64,000 nucleotides of DNA from Acidilobaceae archaeon. Lineage in GTDB: Archaea > Thermoproteota > Thermoprotei_A > Sulfolobales > Acidilobaceae. Made by a program: the position numbers and the translations under genes. This document shows, in pieces, positions 36,723-47,220 of the stretch. Where the stretch lies: NCBI GenBank assembly GCA_038897215.1, contig JAWAWX010000001.1, forward strand, positions 960,001 to 1,024,000. The letters run 5' to 3'. The notes below the pieces were generated by a model. It was not told the origin of the DNA, did no database searches, and saw nothing but the letters and a program-made list of their open reading frames with translations. Numbering within the stretch: the first letter of the stretch is position 1; every line of letters begins with the position of its first letter.

Positions 36723-38297
36723 TTGAGCGTAGAGTTCGAGCTAATGGTGCTAGGAGCGTCTCTCGGTCTAGCAGCTCTAGCGGGCTATGCTACTGAGAGA
36801 CTTAGACTAGGTCCTTTCATTGGAGCGATATTGGTCGGTATGGCTATGAGGTTACTGTCTTCGTTCATTGGGGTAGACTTAGAGAGTGAAGCGTGGCTTC
36901 TTCTCTTGCTCGCCGCAATGCTCATAGTGTTCGAGAGCGGAAGGGAGGTTGGCGAAGCCGGTTTCGATGGCCGTCTCATTTATGCTGTTTTGATAGAAGT
37001 AGCGTCGATATTCGGTCTAACCCTCTTGGTGACAGCTCCTCTTAAGCTAGAGTTCTGGGAGAGAGTAGCTCTCGCTATCGTCCTACTGTCCTCTAGCACG
37101 ACTACGATATACCTTTTCGTTAAGAATCTCAGACTAGCTGAGGCTAAGAGTATAGTTCTCAGCTGGACGGTCTTGGAGGATATAGCTCTCATACTAGCTC
37201 TCAGCATGGCTCTAGGCTACCCTGAAGCCAACCCGCTCGTTTTGTTGATCGCGAGCACTGTTCTAGCCCTCTTCGCTAGCATAACCATCAACACTCTCTT
37301 CAGCATCGTCCCGCCTAGAGGACCCTACGGGATAGCTCTTCTAGTCTCTCTAGTGATATCATACGGTATGATAGCCGGCTACTTCGCCTCGCCATACCTG
37401 GGGGTATTCATAGTAGGCTATATCTTCGCTAAACGCGCTAGAGGAGAGAGCTTAGAGCAGTTCTCCGACTTAGCGGTGATAGTCTATGGAGTCTCAGTGG
37501 GGTTGATTACTCCTCTCGAGTCTCTCCTAGCTAGCCCGGAGACTCTACTATTCATAGCCATAGCCACAGTGCTGGCTCTCGTAGTTAGAGCTGCCGCTGT
37601 ATTCCTGGCTTCGTTAATGCTGCTAAGGAGCACCTTCTACTCGACGATTCTAGCTCTCAGCATGCAGAATATCAGCGAGCTAGCGCCCCTAGTCGCTCTA
37701 ACTCTCGAGGAGGCTGGTCTCATAAAGCCTGAGCTCGCCTCCGTGATGGTTCTGCTTCCAGTGTTGACGATAGCTTTTTCAAACATCACGGCAAACTATT
37801 GGACTACAGTAGCGAGTATCGTCAATAAGTATCTGGCTGTCAACATAGGGCTCTGGATACCTCAAGGCTTCTACGAGGCTGGAGTAAAGCTTCTTGTGAC
37901 TGCTAGCAAGATAACCATGGTCTTCATAGGCATATTCATCACTCACCTAGCTATCGATAGATTCGAGGTCAGTCACTTAGCGATCATCCCGGCTATAGTG
38001 CTAGGAGGGATTTTGGTAGCTAGGTTTCTCAAAGAGCTCAGCTGGGAGCTAAGATATGTGCACGGGCTCCCTGCCGTGATAGCAGAAGCTCTCACAGCCA
38101 TAGCAGCGGGGTCTCTCGCTATCTACGTGACAGTAGAGATACTCTCGAAGTATGTGGAGGTGGAGTTCTCAACATTTCTAGCCCTTCTAGCAGTACTGCT
38201 CGTAGTCGGTATGATAGTAGAGGTTGCTTTAGCTACAAGAAGAGTGCTGACTGCGAGGAAGTCTGTGAAGCCAATAGTAACAGATACTCACCGCTAA
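36723..38297 (+). CDS. Cation:proton antiporter (CPA2/Kef-like)
   Basis: Many TM helices; LSSSTT, VLEDI and QNISE motifs; TTG 36723 after GGAGG. Confidence 0.75.
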   Translation: MSVEFELMVLGASLGLAALAGYATERLRLGPFIGAILVGMAMRLLSSFIGVDLESEAWLLLLLAAMLIVFESGREVGEAGFDGRLIYAVLIEVASIFGLTLLVTAPLKLEFWERVALAIVLLSSSTTTIYLFVKNLRLAEAKSIVLSWTVLEDIALILALSMALGYPEANPLVLLIASTVLALFASITINTLFSIVPPRGPYGIALLVSLVISYGMIAGYFASPYLGVFIVGYIFAKRARGESLEQFSDLAVIVYGVSVGLITPLESLLASPETLLFIAIATVLALVVRAAAVFLASLMLLRSTFYSTILALSMQNISELAPLVALTLEEAGLIKPELASVMVLLPVLTIAFSNITANYWTTVASIVNKYLAVNIGLWIPQGFYEAGVKLLVTASKITMVFIGIFITHLAIDRFEVSHLAIIPAIVLGGILVARFLKELSWELRYVHGLPAVIAEALTAIAAGSLAIYVTVEILSKYVEVEFSTFLALLAVLLVVGMIVEVALATRRVLTARKSVKPIVTDTHR

Positions 38298-38320
38298 GTG
38301 AGAAGTACTCAACTAGGTTT

Positions 38321-38398
38321 TGGTGCCGCGGCCGGGATTTGAACCCGGGTCACGGGCTCGAGAGGCCCGCATACTGGGCCTGGCTATACTACCGCGGC
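38321..38398 (-). tRNA. tRNA-Glu(CTC)
   Basis: Cloverleaf, loop CT-CTC-GA, encoded CCA. Confidence 0.97.
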
Positions 38399-38439
38399 TC
38401 GAAGTATCTCCTAAGAACCGCTTTAACTTATACCGGGCT

Positions 38440-38952
38440 TTAAAGCGTTTCTACGAGTCTCTCTTGAGGTCTCCTATCTGGCTCCAAGACTTCGACCTGC
38501 TGTACCATAACATCTCTCAACCTCGATGATAGGTAGGCGTTTGCTATCTCGTAGGCTAGGATTAGTTGCGTGAAGTCTAGGTTAATCGAGCTTCCTCGAG
38601 CACCTCTCTCAATCACCACGAAGGGGAGCACTATTGGGTTCGAGTAGTATGCTAGAATTGCTCCCAGATGAGAGCACATCATGAAGAGTGCTAGTAGCAG
38701 TCTAGCTGCTAAGAGCCTGGGGTATGCTACGATAACCACAATGTACGCTACCAGAGTTGAGAGTAGGAGGAGCGACGCTCCCTCAGCCCTATAAGCTAGT
38801 CCAATGAGAAAGCCTACGAGAACCCCCACCATCCCAACTAAGATAGTAGCAGTCAGCAAACTAACTCCCGGCAGGCTCCTAGATTCTTCCTCGAGCAAGC
38901 AGAGCTCCCACCAACACTCTTCGCTTAAAGCTTTAAGTCTGCTAGCTCCCAC
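38440..38952 (-). CDS. Hypothetical membrane protein (true start probably downstream, near 38860)
   Basis: Three hydrophobic segments followed by LPFVVIE...NLDF.Q. Confidence 0.6.
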   Translation of the reverse strand: MGASRLKALSEECWWELCLLEEESRSLPGVSLLTATILVGMVGVLVGFLIGLAYRAEGASLLLLSTLVAYIVVIVAYPRLLAARLLLALFMMCSHLGAILAYYSNPIVLPFVVIERGARGSSINLDFTQLILAYEIANAYLSSRLRDVMVQQVEVLEPDRRPQERLVETL

Positions 38953-39189
38953 AATCCTCGCTAGCCTACACTAGAGCTTGGGGTCGTAGACACCGCTGGG
39001 TTCATGTGCTGGATTAAACTACATGGTTAGCGCGGAGCGTCCGAGCTATTTTGTGGATTGTTAGTTGGGAGTTCAGAGAAGCCATAACGACTCGCTCTAG
39101 AGTCAACTCAGAGAGATTTAGGACGAGAAATAGTCTCCTTGAAAAGCATTTAAGTCCATATTGGTACAGCTCGGCTTCGGGGTCCTCTG

Positions 39190-41649
39190 TTGAGACTAGC
39201 TCCCAGGATTGCTGAAACCCGCTGGGATCATAGAGTTCGCGAAGCTAGGCTTCTAGAACTCTGGGAGAAGGAGGGTCTCTACGAGACTGAGATAGAGCAC
39301 GGCAGAGAGTTCTTCGTGATCGACACTCCGCCACCCTACGCTAGCGGGAAGTGGCACGTGGGGGGAGCTGCTCACTATGCTCAAATAGACATGATAGCTA
39401 GATACTTCAAGCTCAAGGGATACAATGTGGTTGTGCCGTTCTACGCTGATAGAAACGGTCTCCCCGTCGAGGTTCAAGTAGAGAAGACCTACAAGGTTGT
39501 AGCTAAAGAGATGGCTAAAACCGTGGAGGGTAGGAGAGAGTTCCTGAGGCTATGTAAGGAGTTCCTCGACAAAGCCGAGGAAGAGATTGTTAGAGTATGG
39601 AGGGTCATGGGGTGCTCTTTCGACTACTGGAGAGAAGGCACTGATAGCCCGGAGTACAGGAGGCTTACTCAACAAACGTTCATAGAGCTATACAAGAGAG
39701 GCCTCATATACGAAGCTGAGAGGCCTGTGAGATGGTGTCCTAGATGCGGGACTACTCTAGCTGAAGCTGAGGTTGAGTACGAGGAGGAGCAGGGGCTCCT
39801 ATACTACATCAGGTTCCCACTAGAAAGGGGAGGAGACGTCGTGGTAGCTACTACGAGACCAGAGCTACTACCTGCTTGCGCCGCTCTAGCCTACAACCCG
39901 AGAGACGAGAGATACCGCGGTCTAGCTGGGATAAGAGCTGTAGCCCCGATATTCGGGCACTTCATGGATATACTCGAGCATGACAGCGTAGACCCTGATT
40001 TCGGCACAGGAATCATGATGATATGTAGCTATGGTGATGAGCACGACGTGAGACTCTTCTCGGAGCTCTCTCTCAAACCCAAGGTGATCCTAGACGAGCA
40101 CGGCAGGATTACGGAAGCCGGAGGCCCCCTAGCTGGGCTCACAGTACAAGAGGCTAGAGTGAGAGTCGCTGAGCTCTTGAAGGAACACGGCTACCTAGTC
40201 AAGATAGAGACTGTTAAACACAACGTGCCTAAGTGCTGGAGGTGTAAGACGCCCCTGCAGATAATACATAGAAGAGAGTTCTTCCTAGAACAGCTCAAGT
40301 TCAAAGAGGAGGTTAGGAGGCTCGCTGATATGATGGAGTTCAAGCCGCTTATGCACAAAGCTAGACTACACGATTGGATCGATAGCATAACCATGGACTG
40401 GCCTATCTCTAGAGATAGGTACTACGGGACGGAGATACCAGTCTGGTACTGCAGTAAGTGTGGAGCTAAGCTACTACCGAGCTCCGAGGGGTATTACAAG
40501 CCCTGGGAGGAAAACCCCTGGGAGTCCTGCCCTCATTGTGGCGCATCAAAAGAGAGTATCGTTGGAGAGACTAGAGTCTTCGATACCTGGTTCGATTCGA
40601 GCATAAGCCCTCTCTACGTCTTAGAAAGAGTCAAGAGCAAGATAAAGAGCGAGGAGGACTTAGCTAAAGCAGAGAGTAACGTTATGAGACCGCAGGGACA
40701 CGATATTGTGAGAACGTGGCTCTACTACACGATACTGAGAGTGTACCAGCTGAAGAAGAGACCTGCATTCAGATGGGTTAGGATAACAGGGATGGGTCTA
40801 GACCCTAGAGGGAGGCCTATGCACAAGTCTCTCGGAAACGTCATAGACCCAGAGCCCGTCATACAAGAGTATGGAGCAGACGCTTTCAGATTCTGGGCCG
40901 CTACAGCGGCCAGGCTGGGCTACGACTACAGGTTCGATGAGGGGAAGCTGAGAACAGGAAGGCTCTTTGTGACCAAGCTGTGGAACATAGCTAGATTCCT
41001 CTCAGCCTTCCCGCATGAGGAGTCGTGCGAGCGGCTTGTTTCAACCGATAGAGCTTTCCTAGCTCTCGCTGAAGAGTATCTCGAAGCCGTGGATAGAGCT
41101 TACAGCGAGCTCGACGTATACGAGCCAGGCAACCTTCTCTACGAGTTCCTCTGGAGAGTGTTCGCTGACCACTACATCGAGCTAGTGAAGGAGAGAGCGT
41201 ACAATAGCGACGGCAGGTACGGCAGAGAGGAGCAGGTGTCAGCGTGGGCTACCCTGCATAGAATCTTCAGCTCTATGCTGATAGCGCTCTCCCCCATAAT
41301 GCCATTCATAACGGATGATATATTCAGAGAGCTCTACGGTAGAAGCGTGCATAGAGAGAGGTTCCCCAAGCTCACTCTAGATGAAGCATCTAGGAGAAAG
41401 GAGGCTAGCATAGCCAGAGTGGTCGTTAAGACCAACGAGAAGATATGGGAGTACAAGACGAGAGAGGGGGTTAAGCTTTCGGAAAGCCTGCCGGGCTATA
41501 GGATAGTGATCGTGGGAGATGAGAGTCTGAGAGAGATAGCGAGAGACCTCGAAGCACTCCACAAGATCCCCGCTGTCTTAGCTAGCACAAAGCCTCAGCT
41601 TGATGAATGCGAGGAGATAGCTCCCCCTATATACCTCTGTAGAGGGTAA
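39190..41649 (+). CDS. valS: Valyl-tRNA synthetase
   Basis: IDTPPPY.SG..HVG, ATTRPELL, FGTG..M.C, W.ISR.RYYG, FDTWFDSS, QGHDI.RTW, PMHKS.GN. Confidence 0.96.
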   Translation: MRLAPRIAETRWDHRVREARLLELWEKEGLYETEIEHGREFFVIDTPPPYASGKWHVGGAAHYAQIDMIARYFKLKGYNVVVPFYADRNGLPVEVQVEKTYKVVAKEMAKTVEGRREFLRLCKEFLDKAEEEIVRVWRVMGCSFDYWREGTDSPEYRRLTQQTFIELYKRGLIYEAERPVRWCPRCGTTLAEAEVEYEEEQGLLYYIRFPLERGGDVVVATTRPELLPACAALAYNPRDERYRGLAGIRAVAPIFGHFMDILEHDSVDPDFGTGIMMICSYGDEHDVRLFSELSLKPKVILDEHGRITEAGGPLAGLTVQEARVRVAELLKEHGYLVKIETVKHNVPKCWRCKTPLQIIHRREFFLEQLKFKEEVRRLADMMEFKPLMHKARLHDWIDSITMDWPISRDRYYGTEIPVWYCSKCGAKLLPSSEGYYKPWEENPWESCPHCGASKESIVGETRVFDTWFDSSISPLYVLERVKSKIKSEEDLAKAESNVMRPQGHDIVRTWLYYTILRVYQLKKRPAFRWVRITGMGLDPRGRPMHKSLGNVIDPEPVIQEYGADAFRFWAATAARLGYDYRFDEGKLRTGRLFVTKLWNIARFLSAFPHEESCERLVSTDRAFLALAEEYLEAVDRAYSELDVYEPGNLLYEFLWRVFADHYIELVKERAYNSDGRYGREEQVSAWATLHRIFSSMLIALSPIMPFITDDIFRELYGRSVHRERFPKLTLDEASRRKEASIARVVVKTNEKIWEYKTREGVKLSESLPGYRIVIVGDESLREIARDLEALHKIPAVLASTKPQLDECEEIAPPIYLCRG

Positions 41650-41660
41650 GAGCTAGAGCC

Positions 41661-42752
41661 ATGAGGATTCTAGAGGTAGATAGGAAGAAGAGAGCGGTAA
41701 AGCTTAGAGTCGAGCACGAGGAAGACTTGTGGACTCTCAAGTTCATCCTGAAACCGGGCGACTACGCTACCTGCTGGACGACGAGAGACGTTGCTATAGG
41801 CGAAGTCAAGGAGAGAAAGCCGATGATACTAAAGCTCAGGATCGAGAAGCTGGAGTTCCAGCTATTCACGGGAGCCCTAAGACTATCCGGCATCGTGGTC
41901 GAGGGCCCTGAGGAGTACGGTGTCATTGGGAGACATCACACTGCTCAAGTGAAGCCTGGAGACGTGCTGGTGATAGAGAGAGAAGAGGGGTGGAGTGATA
42001 GAGTCCTGAAGAAGCTGGAAGAGAGCGGTTACAAAGGATCAGCTCTCATAGTCTCTATAGACTACGACGAATACGCTATAGCCTTACTGACCAGTCTAGG
42101 GCTGAAAGTCCTGGAGGAGGGCTATTCGAGAATACCTAGCAAGGGCGATGATAGAAGAGAGGAAGCTCTAGAGAGATACGTAGACGAGATAGTAGCCAAG
42201 GTGGCGGATAACGCCTCAAGACACAGCGTTCTCGTTGTGATAGTAAGCGGTCCCGGTCCCCTAAAGGAGGCTATCGCTGAAAAGCTCAGAAAAGCTCTGC
42301 CAGACAAGAGGCTCCACGTAGACGAAACAGCTACTGGTGGCGTACCGGGAGTCAACGAGGTTTTGAGGCGAGCATCTGTTCTAGATGCTCTAAGAGACTT
42401 CGCTATCATTGAGGCAGAAAGTCTGCTAGAGGAGTTCATGTCGTTAGTGTCTAGAGACCCGGAGAGAGTAGCGTACGGTCTCGCTGACGTGCTAGCCTGC
42501 CTAAAGGCTGGAGCAGTCGAGAAGATGGTGATAGCAGACTCTCTGCTCTTCAGCTTCAGAGATGAGGAGAGGAGAGCCGCGGAGATGGCTATGGAAGAGG
42601 CTGAGAGGAGGAGAGCAAGAGTAGTAATAGTCCCGAGAGAGAGCCCCCCAGGCGAGAGAGTCAGCCTGCTGGGAGGCGTTATAGCCAAGCTTAGATACAG
42701 GCTCCCCCTCGAAGCGAGGAGGTCTATCGGGGGAGCCGAGGCTGAGAGCTAG
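41661..42752 (+). CDS. pelA: Ribosome rescue factor pelota
   Basis: EDLW.L..IL.PGD...TTR, LR.SG.V, HHT, GPG..KE, VAYG, LGGVIA.LRY. Confidence 0.95.
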   Translation: MRILEVDRKKRAVKLRVEHEEDLWTLKFILKPGDYATCWTTRDVAIGEVKERKPMILKLRIEKLEFQLFTGALRLSGIVVEGPEEYGVIGRHHTAQVKPGDVLVIEREEGWSDRVLKKLEESGYKGSALIVSIDYDEYAIALLTSLGLKVLEEGYSRIPSKGDDRREEALERYVDEIVAKVADNASRHSVLVVIVSGPGPLKEAIAEKLRKALPDKRLHVDETATGGVPGVNEVLRRASVLDALRDFAIIEAESLLEEFMSLVSRDPERVAYGLADVLACLKAGAVEKMVIADSLLFSFRDEERRAAEMAMEEAERRRARVVIVPRESPPGERVSLLGGVIAKLRYRLPLEARRSIGGAEAES

Positions 42753-42988
42753 GTCGCGACGAGCGTTACTGTGCGCTCTACTCCGCTTATAGACCTTATC
42801 CCGCTGACTATAGCCTCGAGGATTCTCATGTTCTCAACTTCTACTCTAACCACTATGTCGAACTCACCGTAGGTTATACGAGCCTCTGTCACCTTACCAC
42901 CGAACCTGCTGAGTATCTCGTCTCTCACGTCTTCCTCAGTGCCGGCGAGAACGTTGACTAGTATGTAGGCGACAATCCTCCCGACCAC
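42749..42988 (-). CDS. Stand-alone Lrp/AsnC ligand-binding (RAM) domain
   Basis: AYILVNV..G.E, YGEFDIVVRVE, IRSI.GV.RT.TL; no HTH. Confidence 0.9.
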   Translation of the reverse strand: MVGRIVAYILVNVLAGTEEDVRDEILSRFGGKVTEARITYGEFDIVVRVEVENMRILEAIVSGIRSISGVERTVTLVAT

Positions 42989-43025
42989 AGACTCAGCCCC
43001 ATCAGGGTTCTCGCTACTCGAGGAT

Positions 43026-43838
43026 TTAATACTCTATCCTCTCAAGCGCTCGCCTTAGAGTCGGCGGGGGTATATAGAATAGAAGCTTAGCCTTATGGTA
43101 GTCTCTTATCACTGTTCTAGCTGCTTCATCGATATCGAGTTCTCCCGTCTTCTTGAGCCTCCAGCCTCTCTTAGCAGCTAGAGCCTCTAGGATCTTGTAG
43201 GGGTCGGTTTCGTCTATGCCGTAAGCGTCTAGTACAGCTCGAGGATTGTATTTTAGTGCTCTCTCCAAGAGCTCTACAGCTGGCCTAACAGGGTCTTCTA
43301 GCTCTTCGGGAGCTTTTCCTCTTATCACTGCCTCGAGGCCCCCGCCTTCAGCCGGTATTATTCCAGGAGTGTCTATCATGTAGAATCCCTCCTCGATCTT
43401 CAAGATCTGGAGGCCTCTCGTGTAGCCATAGCTACCAGGTACGGGGCTAGTGTTAGCGCTATGCCTCCCCTTAAGCGCATTGATTACACTCGACTTGCCG
43501 GTCTTGGGGTAACCTACGACTGCCACGGTGAAAGGCTTTGAGGGAGCTACCGATCTTATCCAGCCTCTCAGCATCCTCGTCCCGAGTCTCGAAGTAGCCG
43601 AGACGTACATAGCGTTATACCCCAGACTCTCCAGATACCTCTTCCACGCGTCCGCTACGGGTCTAGGTACTAGGTCGCATTTGTTTAGAGCTATCAGGAG
43701 AGTCTTATCGAACGCTTCAGCTATCCTCTCAAGCCTTCTACTCATTGTGGAGAGCGGGTCTCTGATATCGACTACCTCTAGCACCACATCAGCCGTCTTG
43801 ACTAGCCTTGCCACCATGCTCCAACTAGCTAGCCTCAA
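43026..43838 (-). CDS. Circularly permuted ribosome-biogenesis GTPase (RbgA/YlqF family)
   Basis: Order G4 (NKCD), G5 (VSA), G1 (GYPKTGKSS), G3 (DTPG). Confidence 0.93.
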   Translation of the reverse strand: MRLASWSMVARLVKTADVVLEVVDIRDPLSTMSRRLERIAEAFDKTLLIALNKCDLVPRPVADAWKRYLESLGYNAMYVSATSRLGTRMLRGWIRSVAPSKPFTVAVVGYPKTGKSSVINALKGRHSANTSPVPGSYGYTRGLQILKIEEGFYMIDTPGIIPAEGGGLEAVIRGKAPEELEDPVRPAVELLERALKYNPRAVLDAYGIDETDPYKILEALAAKRGWRLKKTGELDIDEAARTVIRDYHKAKLLFYIPPPTLRRALERIEY

Positions 43839-43954
43839 GACTCTCCTCCCAGTCTATACTTTTGGTGCTAGTAGTTTATTAAGTCTATGAACACGATATT
43901 AGGATCGAGCGAAGGCTACTATACACTCCACTCGAGGAGAATGGGGGGACTCTG

Positions 43955-44917
43955 GTGGGGAGGAGTCCAGCTATAGTGATCAAGGGTCTCGTCAAGAGGT
44001 TCGGTAACATTACAGCAGTCGACGGTCTAGACTTGGAGATCTATGATAACGAGTTATTCGTACTCCTGGGGCCCAACGGCTCCGGTAAAACCACGACTCT
44101 ATTGGTGATCTCGACTGTCTACAAGCCTACGAGCGGAGACGTCTTGGTATACGGCTATAGCGTGGCTAGAGAGGGGGATCAGGTTAGGAAGCTTATCGGG
44201 ATAGCGTTCCAGGAGCCTAAAGCTCTCTGGATGGATACCCCCTACGATATCCTGCTGTGGCACGCACTCGCCGTAGGGTATAGCTTGGGGGATGCTAGGA
44301 AGGTCGTTAGAGAGGTGATGGATGAACTAGGGCTTTGGGAGCATAGAGGTAAGATGATAAGCGAGCTGAGTGGAGGAACTAGGAAGAAAGTCGAGGTAGC
44401 CAAGGTTCTCATTCAGAAGCCTCGAGTAGCCATATTCGACGAGCCAACAGCTCAGCTTGATGTCGTAACTAAGCATGCCGTCTGGAATAAGATAATGGAG
44501 ATGAAGAGAGAAGGCTCGACGATAATAGTGGCAACTAACGACATGAACGAAGCAGAAAAACTCGCAGAGAGAATAGGGATAATCCATAAGGGTAAGCTGA
44601 GAGCTCTAGGCACTGTGGCGCAACTCAAGGACAGCGTGCCCGGCGGTGATGTAGTCGAGCTAGAGCTAGATTCACCAGCGAGTCCAGATATTCAGTCACT
44701 GCTGAAAGAGAAGCTGAGAGTCCCCGATGTGAGGGTCGATAGAGCTTCTCTAAGACTCTACGTGAATAAAGGAGAGGAGGTTCTAGCAGAAGCCGTCTCG
44801 CTACTAAACAGTCTCGGATACAAGGTTAAGAGAGCGTCACTCAAGGAGCCCACCTTAGACGACGTCTTCTTCTACTACACGGGAGCTAGTTTGAGAGAAG
44901 GGGTCGGTGCAAGTTGA
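43955..44917 (+). CDS. ABC exporter ATPase (DrrA-like)
   Basis: GPNGSGKTT, LSGG, IFDEPT, EPTLDDVF. Confidence 0.93.
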   Translation: MGRSPAIVIKGLVKRFGNITAVDGLDLEIYDNELFVLLGPNGSGKTTTLLVISTVYKPTSGDVLVYGYSVAREGDQVRKLIGIAFQEPKALWMDTPYDILLWHALAVGYSLGDARKVVREVMDELGLWEHRGKMISELSGGTRKKVEVAKVLIQKPRVAIFDEPTAQLDVVTKHAVWNKIMEMKREGSTIIVATNDMNEAEKLAERIGIIHKGKLRALGTVAQLKDSVPGGDVVELELDSPASPDIQSLLKEKLRVPDVRVDRASLRLYVNKGEEVLAEAVSLLNSLGYKVKRASLKEPTLDDVFFYYTGASLREGVGAS

Positions 44918-45708
44918 CGTCGAGCTTGAGACAGCTAGCTATCGTGATCCTCTGGGATGTGAGGAAGCTCAGTAAGTATAAGTTCTTTCTAGCTATGAGA
45001 TTCTCCTGGTTCATATTCCAAGTCCTCTTATTCGGATACATAATATCCAATATGGTTGACTCTGCTAGAGTAGCCGCAGGCTTCGATTACTACAAGTTCT
45101 ACATAGCCGGGTCCTACGTGGCTATCCTGTTCTCGCTCTCCGCCCTCCACGGCTACGATATAATCGAGGAATTCGAGGATGGAATAATTAATTATCATCT
45201 CTCACTACCGATCTCTAGGAGAGTCCTCACTCTAGGCAGAGTCCTAGGTGGGGGGCTGGCGGTCTTCATCTTATCGCTTCCAATGAGCCTCATCCTAGCC
45301 TACGTGATGAAAGCGGGAGTCCTCCCATATCTAGGGTTGCTCGCCGTGTCGCTACTCTTCTCTCTAGGGCTGACCAGCGGGTCTATGGCTCTCGCTCTAA
45401 CTCTTCGAGCTAGCGAGAAGCTAGACGTGGTCATGGGGACTCTAGACTCTTTGGCTATAAGGCTGAGTACAGCCTTCTACCCGATCACTGTGATAGCATC
45501 TATTGCCATATACTACTATCTAGCTCTAGGTAACCCCGTTTCCCACGTAGCTGACTCGATTAGATACTTCTTCGGAGACGAGGTCGGCCCCTATCGCGTA
45601 GCCGACTTCTGGTTGATGGCAGCATACATACTCGGATTCGCTACAGCATCAGTGCTTGCGGCAATGTTCTTCATGGATAGGAGAGCGGAGGGCGGCTATA
45701 GTAGATGA
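44914..45708 (+). CDS. ABC-2 type permease
   Basis: Six TM pattern, LSLPISR, LSTAFYP, NPVSH. Confidence 0.88.
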   Translation: MTSSLRQLAIVILWDVRKLSKYKFFLAMRFSWFIFQVLLFGYIISNMVDSARVAAGFDYYKFYIAGSYVAILFSLSALHGYDIIEEFEDGIINYHLSLPISRRVLTLGRVLGGGLAVFILSLPMSLILAYVMKAGVLPYLGLLAVSLLFSLGLTSGSMALALTLRASEKLDVVMGTLDSLAIRLSTAFYPITVIASIAIYYYLALGNPVSHVADSIRYFFGDEVGPYRVADFWLMAAYILGFATASVLAAMFFMDRRAEGGYSR

Positions 45709-46496
45709 TTAGGGAGGCCTATGGCTTAGCTTACGGAGCTTTCATAGTTAGCTTGAGAGACCTCCACAGATTCTTCAAGTATAAGTGGTGGATAGCCGGG
45801 CTCATCACAGCCAATCTAGCCGACCTCTTCGTCTTCGCTCTACTAATAAGCGGGATTATGAGGAGAGAGATCGTTCCAGATTACCTGCTCTTCCTGGCTC
45901 CCGGTATAGCCGCTATTGCTGCTTTCGCTTCAGCGTTCACTATAGGGAGAGAGGTCATGATGGAGCTGAGGAGAGAAGTACACTTGTACCTCTTGAGCCT
46001 CCCAATAAGCAGAGCAGAGTTCGTTCTAGGGAGGATCCTAGGAGGAGTCTTGAGGGGGCTCATCTACCAAACACCAGTACTCCTAGCAGTCTTGATGATA
46101 ACGGGGGTTAGAGACGCTCGTCTCTTGCTTCTCATACCGATAGCGTCTATCCTCTTGACTGCGTCTATGTCTAGCTTATCGATAGCCCTATCTACTCTCA
46201 CTAGAAACCTAGACGTCCACGTGACTATCAGGAGCGTGACGTACTTCGTCTTCTTCTTCCTATCTACAGTATTCTATCCACCACAAGCGCTAAGGACTAG
46301 GCTACCGGAGCCTATCGTGATACTTGCTGAAAACAACCCAGTCTCGCTCGTTGCAGACCTCTATAGAGTAATACTGCTACCAGAGAACCTGGCTCCCGCT
46401 AGAGAGCCCTCTCTACTGCTGGCTAAACTCGCTACTCTAAGCATACTCCTAGTGCTTCTAGGCGCTAGTCTCTACCTGAGAAACTTGAGGAGATAG
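45705..46496 (+). CDS. ABC-2 type permease
   Basis: YLLFLAPG, LSLPISR, LSTVFYP, NP. Confidence 0.88.
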   Translation: MIREAYGLAYGAFIVSLRDLHRFFKYKWWIAGLITANLADLFVFALLISGIMRREIVPDYLLFLAPGIAAIAAFASAFTIGREVMMELRREVHLYLLSLPISRAEFVLGRILGGVLRGLIYQTPVLLAVLMITGVRDARLLLLIPIASILLTASMSSLSIALSTLTRNLDVHVTIRSVTYFVFFFLSTVFYPPQALRTRLPEPIVILAENNPVSLVADLYRVILLPENLAPAREPSLLLAKLATLSILLVLLGASLYLRNLRR

Positions 46497-46629
46497 GAGG
46501 AGCTCCTGGAACGCCACCTAGGCTCTATTAATCGATACGCTAGAACAAGGGAGGGCTGAGCGATGGAGGGCTTTGTGGCTAGAGGCTTCTAGTAGCTATA
46601 AGCCTGGGCTCCTAGCTACGTCTATACGG

Positions 46630-46677
46630 GTGAAGAGGGACATCTCTCTGATAGGTGATGAAGCTGAACTGCGCGGA
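46630..46677 (+). ncRNA. Candidate box C/D methylation-guide sRNA
   Basis: GTGAAGA(C), 11 nt, CTGA(D'), tag, GTGATGA(C'), 12 nt, CGGA(D); TATA-like CTATAAG at 46596-46602. Confidence 0.7.
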
Positions 46678-47220
46678 TCTCCTAGAGTTGCTGGGCTGGA
46701 TTTAGCTGCCAGGTCTTCTCGATGTAGTGGCTACGCTTTAATCAATGCCAGCTCTAGAGTGGTCGAGAGAGTTCAGTGCCTCTATACAGACGAGGAGATC
46801 TTGAGTGTAGTGTTGAGAGATAAGCCTAGAGTTCTAGCTATAGATGCTCCGATCTCGCCTAGTCCTCGCTGGAGAGAGGTAGATAGGCTGGCTAGGAGAG
46901 CCGGTTTTAGAGTAATGCCTCCCACTCTAGGCCCCATGAGGGAGCTCACTCTCAGAGCTTGGAGACTCTACGAGAATCTCTCGAGCTTAGGGGTAGAGGT
47001 GATAGAGACTCACCCGTCTAGCGTTCTGCTAGCTACTTCGGTAGAAAGTCTGGCTGAGCTCTTGCTAAAGCTGGGATTATCGTGTAGAGAGTGCTATGCT
47101 CTCACTAGAGACCTCGCTGACGCTATTCTAGCCGCTATAGCGGCTTACTGTTATAGCGCGAGATTCTGCGCTTACGCAGTAGTCGCTGGCGATGGGGCAA
47201 TACACCTGGCTAGACTCTAA
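46669..47220 (+). CDS. DUF429 family predicted nuclease (RNase H fold); start uncertain (CTG 46669, GTG 46630 or TTG 46573)
   Basis: VAGLDLAA, AIDAP, R.VD, PMRELT.R, VIETHP, DAILAA. Confidence 0.8.
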   Translation: MRGSPRVAGLDLAARSSRCSGYALINASSRVVERVQCLYTDEEILSVVLRDKPRVLAIDAPISPSPRWREVDRLARRAGFRVMPPTLGPMRELTLRAWRLYENLSSLGVEVIETHPSSVLLATSVESLAELLLKLGLSCRECYALTRDLADAILAAIAAYCYSARFCAYAVVAGDGAIHLARL

